A stretch of DNA of 64,000 nucleotides from Phoronis australis. Its lineage: Eukaryota; Animalia; Phoronida. The notes below the pieces were generated by a model. The model searched no databases. It worked only from the letters and a program-made list of their open reading frames with translations, and was not told where the DNA came from. Positions 53,148-64,000 of the stretch are shown one piece after another. Both the position numbers and the translations under genes were made by a program. Every line of letters starts with the position of its first letter. Positions within the stretch are counted from its first letter, which is position 1. Where the stretch lies: assembly GCA_002633005.1 (NCBI GenBank), contig NMRA01000785.1, positions 1 through 64,000 of the forward strand, read 5' to 3'.

Positions 53148-56100
53148 ATATGTTACGCTGTTGTCAAAAATTTCCAGTCTATACTGACAGACCCAGTCAG
53201 AGAGAGAGTTGGCTCATGTCTTCTTACCCCAAGATGGCCAAGGTAATCATGGGCGACGCACCATATATGGGGCTGCGGGGCTATGGCCCCCCCGTTATTT
53301 CAGTCCTCCGCCACCCATGGTCACATAGGCAGCGCAAATAGAGGGGATGGGGCTATAGCTCCCACTTATTTCGGTGTTGCGTCCCCCATCGTTGCATATA
53401 ATTATCAAAACACAAATTATCCCAACAAACGAAATTTTCCATGGCCACTCTTTCAAGGCCAAATGTTCGAATATACGTGTAAACTGGTAGTAATATTTGA
53501 TGTAAGTGGCAATGTACATGTACAGAGCAGTATCAACGCGACGCTAGGCTTCATTTGGCAGCAAAACCACGTAACTCTGTGGTAAGACCTACATGTACAT
53601 ATACCATATGCTTGTATACCAGAATACCATTGTAGCAGTGAGTGGTATCTCAACACCGTCAATTGTATTCGGGCACTTAAGGAAGTGCAGTGGAGGACTG
53701 CCCGCTGCGTCTCGCAAAGATACATTGTACAGTCCCACAGCACCCCTCGAGACTTGTCTTGAAATGCTGAAATGACAGCCTCTTCACCAATAGCCAACGT
53801 CAACAGTCTTCGGAACCCTAAATCGCCCTCCATTTTGCATATACATGTACGCGCATATTGGTGCTCCTCGGTAGAAGATATCGGTAAACAAGAATTACTT
53901 TCATAACTAATAAATCGTTCTTTAGTACGTTGTTACCTTACAATGGGCAATTGTCAATGGCTGATCTAAGGAGTTGCTAACATTCCAAACTGAAAAAGCG
54001 GAACATCTGACATGAGAAGAGTTCAGTAACGCTAGGACCTAACCAAAAAGATTACACGACATGTTGCCGAGTACTTCTAACAAGAACACGTGATTTTGCC
54101 TAGATTTATCTGGCCGCGAGACCGCTATTGAATTCTACCATAGGACACATGATACCGCATGGGTAAAAGGTGCACCGCAATATCCAGACGTCATGGCGAC
54201 GGCGATTTTTATTGTTAGTAGTAGTACCCGCGAGCAGCAGGGAAATAGGGATCAATGATGGATTTGTTGGGCATGCACACCTGCACAGTATTACACAACG
54301 GTGCCAGTATATCCATTACGTCGCATACATGTATGTGGCAAACTCTGAAGCTATGGCAGTGTGCAGTGCGAAGGTCCTATCAATGGCGGGGATATTGGTA
54401 ACCATGGTCACCTACGATGCTTCATGGAGGTACAACAATTTTCGAAAGGAAATTTTTCCTTCAACCTTTTATAACAATACTCTGTTGCCCGTAGTGTGGG
54501 TGGAGGGGCGTTCGCTATTCACCCCTAAATCCGGATTAAGAGGGCAAGTGACCAAAGCACTGCCCAGTTCACGACATCCTCAGTATCGCGTGCGACCAGA
54601 CTTCATGCAGCATGAACCTCCATCAATGTCATAGTTAATTAATACACAGCCGGTTTAGAAACGTTTATGCTGTCACTGTACTTTTAGTTGTCATGACGTC
54701 GGCAGAAAATTGTATGCTGATTATGATTGTACCTGGTGAACTGTCACTGCCTAAGCAGACTAAAATACAATTGTAGAGAAAATGTACTCGTGATTTGACA
54801 GGGACAGTGAACCCAATCAGCACATCCTCGTTCGTTGTTTTAGTCAGTTATCAGCTTTCAGTTTTCAGTTGGGCACTTATTTGATTTAGAAGAGAATAGA
54901 GTTACGTGATCGAGTGACACCAGGGGGCGCACCGGAGAACATTTGAGGACGTCACAGGCATTCATAAACAGAGCAAGGATAAATCGCTCTTGTGTACTTA
55001 AAATTACCTTCCAATTAGCATTATGATTGTCGAGTTGTATTCCATCGATCGGTTTCTTGTTGAATTAGATCAGCATTTAATTGCAGTCCTTTTCACTTCC
55101 CAGGCATGTGTAAATAAGCAAATTGTGAATAATCATTTATAAAAATACTGCACATCAACTTATCCCTCATTGAGCTAGTCACCTCTCATTGATTTGGAAA
55201 TTAATGGAGTTCAGCAGATTGAGAGAGCATTAGCTGAGCCTGTCAATAGACATCTTATTAAATCCTGCCGTCAACAAATGTCGCAGAACGCTGTTGCACT
55301 CAGGGATGGTGTTAGGGCCTTTCCATGGGTTATTGCCACATCCGTGACAAATCTTTGACGCATTATGTTCGCTCAACTAACGTCAGCTTGTGCAATAAAA
55401 CTGTTGTGGACAATTACGCCATGTTTTGTCTTGTCGCGGGAATAATAACGTGAAAATTTGTTGAAAAATATCCCATCGAAACAAATGATCCAAATAGCAG
55501 ACTCAATGCAAGCTATAGGAGAAACAAGCCCTGTATAACCACACAGTACCTAGGAGTTTACATGTAACATATTGTGGAAAAAAGATTCAAACTTCGGAGA
55601 CACATTGTTGCTGCTTACGTCTAGACCAATCTCTGGAATAGCAGACGAAATGAAATAGCAATAGCAGACGAAATACCGTACGCGCATAAATGAAAATGAT
55701 CCCCCGAAGAATTGAGAAATCAAATAGAGAAGGGATATCAAAAACTGCTGGTAATATTACTGAAATTGGCGCGCATTTAAGTAAGCGATTGCTAATGCAA
55801 CTTGTGTTAAAATCAGGGAATTGTATTCAGCATCCGACGGCATCTTGTTCAGCAATCTAACTAGTGTAACAGGGAAAGCCCCTACATCAGTATACATGGA
55901 CCGTTGAGATTGCCATCAAGTTTTTCAAGGACAATAGTTTCCACCAAAACATGTGGTGTGTCTGTAATATACGCTAGGTTTTCAAAAATAAAACGGGAAA
56001 ATGCCTCCTTTTACCAATATCAAGTACACACCTACATGTACAATGCCGCCAGTATTAGTTGGTGAAAGGAGAAGATTGTGACACTAGGGGGCGTGTTTGA

Positions 56101-59100
56101 TTACTGACTGGATAGAAAATGTTTTTTAGTCAATACGCATATCTCGTGACAAAAAAACAAGTGAACGAGTATAATAAATCGTGTTAAGAAATTAATTCAC
56201 CTTTGAGAAAATGTATACTTTGTAGGGGTTAAAGCTATCATAATTTAAGTTAATCGCACATAAGTACAACCTGGTTATCTTATGTTTTTTCCTAGTATTA
56301 GATGTATATCCTAAACGTAACTTAGCAATGACCTTGGGACGAGTCTAGTAATGTGCGCGCTGTGCAAGGGAAGGAGAGAAACACAAACACCATTGGTTAG
56401 GTTTTTACAAATACTCACATCCGGTTTGACAAGCTTGTAATTTGCTTTGTAAAATCGATAGCAGTTAACTTAACCTTTATCGTTAAATGCATTGCCGTTC
56501 TTGGAATTTTTAGTCAAACTACTTATTTTTAGTCTGATAATCTAGTAATTTGCATTGTAAAATCAATAACAGTCTATACAACGGCAAACACGCACTTTTT
56601 TCGAGAGCTCGCTAGGTGGAACTATTCCCGCCTTGTTGTCTGATGCCGTCTCTGTTCACGATCTACACGATTTCACCTCTAATGTTCTGGTGACGTGTTT
56701 TTTTTTTCTGTAAAAACCTCCGGTGTCCGTCCAAGATGGGACGTTCAGTTATAACTTATTACGTGGTGCTCTGCCTGATGAACAGCACACAGGAGTCAGC
56801 AGCGCCCTCTAGCTGCCGTAATGTGTGTGACGTATTTTCCCTCAATTGTCTTATTGCCGCTTTCTCGTCAGTAGCAGCCAAGCTGTCATGTCTTTGGAGA
56901 TAAACAAAAACACTTATGAGTTTCAACTAGATTGCTGCCATTCCCAGTAATTTTTGGCTTAAAAGGAATTTTTGCAAACTCTAGTTTACTGCTTTAAATT
57001 ATGTCTGGCATGTATGTTGCCAGTTCAAAGCTATTGTATAACTTATTTTACATCAACGATTCCTGAAACGTCCTCTTTTTCGGTAATTTTAGAAATTAAA
57101 GGATTTCATCAAATGACACTTATTAGGAAGAAGAAAGTAATAAAACTGTTAAATAGGAGTGATTTGCGACTTTCCAAAACTGTCCGACTGCGACAAGTTT
57201 GATCCTGATGAATGCCACTAAGAACAGCGGTGAAAATTCCGCACATCTTTAAAAATGCGTGTTTTCCTTTTAAGCAGATTATTCACGGCATGGTCGAAGC
57301 ACTCTCCTGGCATAATGATTTGAAAACGAAACAAACAGGCCTACTGCACATAACAATCAATGTATCTATCTGCAGGCATGCCAGGAGACGAAAATTTTGC
57401 ACTCACCGAGAACTCGTCCTACCTTACAGAATGTTTTTATCCCAGCATAGGCGCTAGAACAGCCAAACTGGGCTCATACTTTTACATGTGCTTTTGAGGT
57501 TTCAGTTCACATGCCACACGATTTGGTTAGGCGCTTTCCCAATCCCGTCAATAGATGGCGCTTGAGAAACAATGCGACAAAGTAGAACTGCAAAACTGAA
57601 ACAGTTGTAACCGATAATACCCCGTTAGTCCAAAATGTCGTAAAGTGTAAACCCTTTCCTGAATTCGAGTTTTGAGAAACTCCGATAGAGTGTAAGATAT
57701 TTATTTTTCCATTCTCCAGAATTGAAGAATGTGTACGTAACTCAACAGGGCTGAGTGATTGGGAGGACTGATTGATTTTAATCGATACTTTCGGAGAGAA
57801 AGGTAATTTTATAGAAATTAGGATTGCAGGCCATCGAAACCACTGGCTTTTCTGTAGCAGACAAACGCTGCAGCTGAGCCAAATATCACGCTTTTAAATA
57901 TCACAGTATGTTCAGAATATTCAATTAATAGAGACGATGACCTTGATTTCTGCAAATTTCTGGCAGACGAGAACGCGCATTGTCGATTCGTAATATAAAC
58001 CCCAAAACACATCAGATTGTTTTTATATTTTCGGTCGAAGCTAATAAAAGCATATTCTACAAAAATAATCCCTAAAATGCGTTTTTGGTGGTAAAACTAA
58101 AGTTTCCTAAGTTTTGGACTTGACCTGACTGCAATAGTCAGAGACAAATCCGACAGTTTTCAAATAAAAAACGAACTTCTCGTTTAAAATTACGATGCAA
58201 AATGAATACAAGTGCACGCAGCACGTCTAGGTGCATTACCCGAACACCTTAGGCTATCTCTTGCAAGCTTAATACTTGATGTACATGTACATTTCACGAG
58301 CCAAATATTTGGGAATTTTTAAAAAATAATTATAAGAATATGCTGCCTGCGGATTCATACACTGCAGTATCACTTTAATGCATGGGTTTCATCCAGCGGT
58401 TCACATAAACATATAGGCACATCTGCCTTCTCCCCAAATATGAGCACATCTTCGACGTTGTATATGAAGGTTGCAAAATTATCAGCTACTGTAGCCTGTT
58501 AACGGATTGTTTCTTCAATGTTTAGACAAAACTACAATCAAAACTGACCCGGATTTGTTTAAGCGACGTGACATCGGGAAACCATCACACACTGTAGTGA
58601 CAGTATCAAATCTTTGATTTTTAAAATACTTTTAGATATTCAAGATACAGTGCGTGCAAAACTAATGGAGATGAAACAGAAGCATCCTGAAACGAACGGT
58701 CACATGCACCTCACAAACATTTATACAGTATTGCATCTTTTTGCAGACAGCGTAAGTCGTATCCAAAAAAAAAACACTTTAGCCAGCTTGTAAACAGGGT
58801 ATGAGACATAGATTTACAAAATGTATTTACCACTTGTTTACAAAATTCAATTTTTTATCTAAAATGAACCTTCGGCATTGGTAAACAATGCTGAACAGGT
58901 GTGCGTTGCATATTGACTTCCGCTCATCAACAACAGTAAAACCGCCTCTGTAAATTACATGCAACCCAAGACAAAGGCCAGGTGATTGACACAGACGGTC
59001 TTCAGACCATCGTTAGTAAGAATGAAAATACTGGTCTTTGATTAAGCCTTTTGAAACTATGTGATAACATAACCAGTACGAATAACGGTCATGTTAAAAA

Positions 59101-59339
59101 TACAGACAAACAACACTGTGAATTAAGAGACAAAACATAGTTTTGTTGCTGTAACAGCTCAAAGCCGTTCTGTAAGACATTTAACATCTAATAATTTGTT
59201 TCTTGTTACTAAAGTTTTAGGTTCAAACTTTGTTCTAAAATCAAGCACAAGAAACCTGAAAACGAAAAAATCACAGGTAAGCACACATTCGAACGACTGA
59301 GGGTGTCCCTCTGATTTGTTCCCTATAGCCCTCATAACC

Positions 59340-59895
59340 AGAGGTCTCATCCTCACCATCGCCACAACCCCACTGTCACCCTCATCTTCACGGCATCACA
59401 CATACAACTTCAACTTCAATCTCACCAAAGTCTCATCTTCATCTCACTCTCACCTCTCCTATACCGTATCCTCACTCTTCACCCTCACCATTATCCTCAC
59501 GGCTTCATCCTTAAGGCTTCACCCTCACCCTCACCGTCTCCCTCTCACCGCCTAACTGACAGCCTCCCTTCGTCCTCACCATCAATCTTTTCGTATCTCC
59601 ACAACTATTTCTTCGCCCTCACAGATGCACCCTAATGGCCTCATCCACACCCTCACCCTACCTTCCTAATTTCACGGCCTCACCCACACCCTCACACTGC
59701 CTTTCTCCTCTCGGAATCATCCACACCCCCACCCTGCCTTCCTCCTCAAGGCCTCATCCACACCCGTACCCTGCCTTCCTCCTCAGGGCCTCACCCACAC
59801 CCGTACCCTGCCTTCCTCCTCAAGGCCTCACCCACACCCGCACCCTGCCTTTCTCCTCATGTCCACATTCACACTCTCATCCTCACACCGTTACC
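59340..59895. repeat. C-rich low-complexity tract containing a 37-bp minisatellite
   Basis: A CCTCAC-rich tract with about 5 copies of GCCTCACCCACACCCGTACCCTGCCTTCCTCCTCAAG at 59677-59860. Confidence 0.9.
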
Positions 59896-60154
59896 GTCAT
59901 TGAAACTAACACGCCCTAGTTGAATGGCACAACTAATTCCAACAGCACTGTTCGTGTAAAAGATTCAAAGATTCATAAAAAGTGTTAATCGTGCTTTTAC
60001 TACAGAGTCACGTGATCATTGCGGCCGAAATAACGCATGGCTGTGATACTTCCTCCACCATTTCGGTCAGGTGGCCCCATTGATCCGTTTACGGCGTAGC
60101 GCTCACACGCGTCTTCGCCAGAAACCTTGATTTGTACGTGAGCAGAACATTTTA

Positions 60155-60454
60155 CCTACTGGTTTCTTGACCAACACGGCAGTGAGAAACTGGGAAGAAA
60201 AGTCTCGCTAGCAGCTTTGTGACCACATGGCAGATCATTTCCTTTTGTCTCAGTGCCACCAACGATTCTTGATTTGCAGGTACTGTCACGTGTCGTGTTG
60301 CTGTACGCTGAAACGTACACGCGTCGAGCACATATACACACACACACATATACAATGAAACTTGGCTTACCTCGAAATCCAACTGCTGCATGGTAGTTGT
60401 GGTAACTGGCCTGGTTATGATGCACACGTAGCAAAATTAATGAGGAACGTGTAT
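60155..60454 (-). pseudogene. Possible trypsin-family serine protease remnant (CUB-like end followed by RIVGG)
   Basis: Exon 60454-60371 splices over a 63-nt intron to 60307, giving VGFRAYS..CKSRIVGGTETKGNDLP. Removing one T gives LPWVTKL. No catalytic motifs were seen. Confidence 0.4.
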
Positions 60455-60547
60455 CTGCAACATTAAACAAACGTTTTATGTTGTAAATGTCACAATTCTT
60501 GTCCAATCTGCAAAATTAATAAAAATGTGTTTTTCACAAACTGTTCT

Positions 60548-62069
60548 AATATGCTACTCACAATTTTTCAAAACTAGGCGATTTATCTAACTGCAATGGC
60601 ACGGAGTCTTGGATCTGAACCGGCAGATTCTGAGGTGCGAAAACCGGTCGAGTTGCTCAATCTCGACCGGTTATGGTGACAATATAGGATTCTTTTAACA
60701 CATTATCAAAAACATTAGCTTTGAAGCCTGATAGTAAGTAAGTAAGTAAGTAAGTAATTTTTATTATAGTGACATGTGTTCAAATGAATTTAAACAATGA
60801 ATACGTTACAAAGACTAGGAACACCCAGCCCTCCACCGGGCTTATAAGTCACTTTAGATACATGATACAAAAAAGAAAAGACAAGTGTACACGCAATGCA
60901 AGAGGACCAGAAAGAGAAGGCCGAGATAAAAGTGATCATAAATAAATATAATTTTCCTTAATTCAAAAATATTTTTGATGAAAACTGAAGTTTATCTAAT
61001 AACATATTTTTGCATGATTGTAATTAATTTACTTTCACAGCTTTCTGCACGGAATCGTGGATACTTAATCTCAACTTGACAGTAAAAGGTGTTTCTGGCA
61101 TCTAAGAAAAACGGACACTCAAACAGAAAATGTAGTTNNNNNNNNNNNNNNNNNNNNNNNNNNNNNNNNNNNNNNNNNNNNNNNNNNNNNNNNNNNNNNN
61201 NNNNNNNNNNNNNNNNNNNNNNNNNNNNNNNNNNNNNNNNNNNNNNNNNNNNNNNNNNNNNNNNNNNNNNNNNNNNNNNNNNNNNNNNNNNNNNNNNNNN
61301 NNNNNNNNNNNNNNNNNNNNNNNNNNNNNNNNNNNNNNNNNNNNNNNNNNNNNNNNNNNNNNNNNNNNNNNNNNNNNNNNNNNNNNNNNNNNNNNNNNNN
61401 NNNNNNNNNNNNNNNNNNNNNNNNNNNNNNNNNNNNNNNNNNNNNNNNNNNNNNNNNNNNNNNNNNNNNNNNNNNNAATATGCTACTCACAGTTTTTCAA
61501 AACTAGGCGATTTTTCTAACTGCAATGGCACGGAGTCTTGGATCTGAACCGGCAGATTCTGAGGTGCGAAAACCGGTCGAGTTGCTCAATCTCGACCGGT
61601 TATGGTGACAATATAGGATTCTTTTAACACATTATTACAAACATTTGAAGCCTTGTAGTAAGTAAGTAAGTAAGTAAGTAATTTTTATTATAGTGACATG
61701 TGTTCAAATGAATTTAAACAATGAATACGTTACAAACACTAGGAACACCCAGCCCTCCACGGGACTTATAAGTCACTTTAGATACATGGTACAAAAAAGA
61801 AAAGACAAGTGTACGCGCATTGCAAGAGGACCAGAAAGAGAAGGCCGAGATAAAAGTGATCATAAATAAATATAATTTTTCCTTACTTCAAAAATATTTT
61901 TGATGAAAACTGAAGTTTTTCTAATAACATATTTTTGCATGATTGTAATTAATTTACTTTCACAGCTTTCTGCGCGGAATCGTGGATACAGCTGTACTTA
62001 ATCTCAACTTGACAGTAAAAGGTGTTTCTGGCATCTAAGAAAAACGGACACTCAAACAGAAAATGTAGT
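60548..62069. repeat. Duplicated sequence on both sides of an assembly gap
   Basis: 60548-61137 is repeated at 61477-62069 with small differences; N gap at 61138-61476. Confidence 0.9.
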
Positions 62070-62470
62070 TCAGTTTCGACCTGACCAGTGTGACAAAGAC
62101 CGCAAATTCTGTCATCAAAATTTAGAGAACGAAAACGCCCAACCTTAACCAATAGCTATAGGGTTCCGGTTTTAATTTGAGCAAGAATTGACCTACTAGG
62201 CCGAGTTAAGTCTAAATGCACGTAAGGCTCAACTTCAAAGACATTCTTCATCAAAACATAGGTTCTTAATTTTGGTTTCGAACGGCTTTCAAACAACCAC
62301 CTATTACAGGCTAAATCCTGCAAAATATTCTTACAGTGAGACAGATTAACTGAACGTAAGTCATGAAAACAATCCGAAATCCCTAATTCTTCAAAAATGC
62401 TCAAGATTTCAGACGACCAATTATTAGTACAAGTAGTGTAGTCCCACCATAAGAGAGGCTCTGACAAAAC
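61657..62470 (-). mobile_element. 5'-truncated LINE 3' end (RTEX-like), (TTAC)n tail
   Basis: KPKLRTY..EPYV..RSILAQIKTGTL..GRF..RICGLC..VETELHFLFECP (CCHC finger); (AGTA)n at 61657-61680; partial duplicate at 60733-61137. Confidence 0.85.
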
Positions 62471-64000
62471 AAGTCACGCAAATGTCCCAGTCTTACCAAC
62501 CTGTTCAGGATTAGCTTCTGTATTGTCATGAACATGCTACATGTATTCAAGCCATATTCGTAATATGTTTATTTGGAATTCTTCCTTGCTACAGAACGTC
62601 CCGCATAGTCTATAATTTTAAAGGAATATCATGACATTCCATGAAAGAACACTTATACATGTCAAGCCATTATAAATTTTACATGTACCAGTAAGTTTTG
62701 AAAAAAAAATCCGTATTTTCATTGAGAATACATCAGATAAGTGTTCAAGGCTTCACGTGATACGGAACACTGTTGGGAGAACGTAAATTTAAAGCGTAGA
62801 AATATAAGCTACGAAATATATTTCAAAAATCCGAAAGGTCTTCCTAGTCTTTTTAAATCAGTAAGACATACATGTAGGAGTAAGTAGTATTTAAATATTG
62901 ATATTTATGAAAACCACAGACGCAACAGGGATTTCCAGGTGGTCCTTAATGTAGTCACGAATTTGTTCCTGGTTCTACGCTCTGTGATTGTAGCAAAAAT
63001 ACTTCGATGTTTGAAATGAAAAAAATGCAACATGGTAAACATATGGAGTAGCGCGAGGGCAACAAATACAGTCCTACGGCTTCATATGTTGTGCAAACAC
63101 CGGTATAGGTCATTTGTAGATACTGTTAAAACTTCAAACCTTATCCCCTGATAAGATTACATGCCTTACATTTAAAGTACTGTTTTACATTGTCACTTTG
63201 AGATGTTTTTGCCGTAATGTCATTGCAGTCATCGTAAGATTTTCATAACTTTTACGCAACTGGTACCAGAAAACTTAGTGAATCTGCCGCTGCTCCCGGC
63301 CCCCTTACACGAGAAATTCATAAAACGTGGGAGGCGTCCGAAAAACTGGATTGTGAGCGGCAGTCTCATAAATTGGCGATTCGGAAAATGCTCTCGATTC
63401 AGATTAGTTGCCCTCTTCCCTCCCACATTATTGCCTGTGTGTACAGTAACTATTAGCTTGTTATAAATGATCACAAACACACCTGGCGATAATGTATGCT
63501 GGTTCCGGCTGACGGATTCTCTCACGTACCGGCTCGTACGTGAGTCAAATCACGTCTTGGAGTTTATTACGTATGTCGTCAGAATTTGGTTAGCTGGGAA
63601 ACTCTAAAGACACATAATGTTGTCTGCTATTATGCAAACCTTATCGTATTAAATATCAACGGATTACCCATCAAACAATCGTGTGTACACACATAACGAG
63701 TGCGCTGAGAACGCAGACTATTTACAGATTGTTTCGAATTGTGAACGGTAGGTGGCAGTGCGTTAAATAGTTATTGGTAAGTAAACCGATTATAATTATT
63801 GACTTATTGACTTCATTGTCTGTGTATATAAGTGTTGGTAGATCAGTTTCTCCGTTGGGTTGGGACTGTGTTGGCAAACAAAGCTTAGACGAGGCAGAAC
63901 AGATACGTTAGCCTGGTATGAACACATGCTTGTTTACTTGAGAAAGTGGGTGCATGAGTCCCTTGACAACTGAGGAGGGGGTGGGCGGGAGTGTTAATAA

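Noticed and set aside
60371-60393. MQQLDFE as first coding exon of the 46-kb gene
   Set aside because: Phase 0 does not match the main frame, and a nearer acceptor at 60308 explains the donor.
61089-61547. ORFs across the N run
   Set aside because: Assembly-gap artefact.

Overview
Repeat-rich, intron-containing animal DNA, probably from a marine invertebrate (inferred from the transposon families present); not prokaryotic, and no CRISPR, rRNA or intact tRNA was found. The one securely intact gene is a five-exon SLC39A7/ZIP7 (Catsup-like) zinc transporter (25763-36958, +, 509 aa) with a 13-unit DHHGHAH His repeat. The left third is a nest of decayed elements: a Gypsy pol with PPT and 3' LTR, a piggyBac remnant, Kolobok-type THAP and P2X7-ballast-like remnants, a Ly6/three-finger pseudogene, and LINE fragments. 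The most interesting element is a decayed gene fusing a YqaJ/lambda-exonuclease domain to a P-element-like DDE transposase, convergent with a multi-C2H2 zinc-finger gene. ZIP7 introns carry a Crypton-like remnant, a Helentron-type element and a ~430-bp satellite seeded with co-oriented CTCF-like motifs. The right third holds an unidentified small gene (87-aa ORF, -) with a possible uORF-laden leader, a CTCF-like motif cluster, a CUB/trypsin-like remnant with an inverted partial copy, and an RTEX-like LINE 3' end. Three tandem duplications abut N bases and are probably uncollapsed haplotypes. All domain assignments are by-eye motif recognition; no database searches were run.
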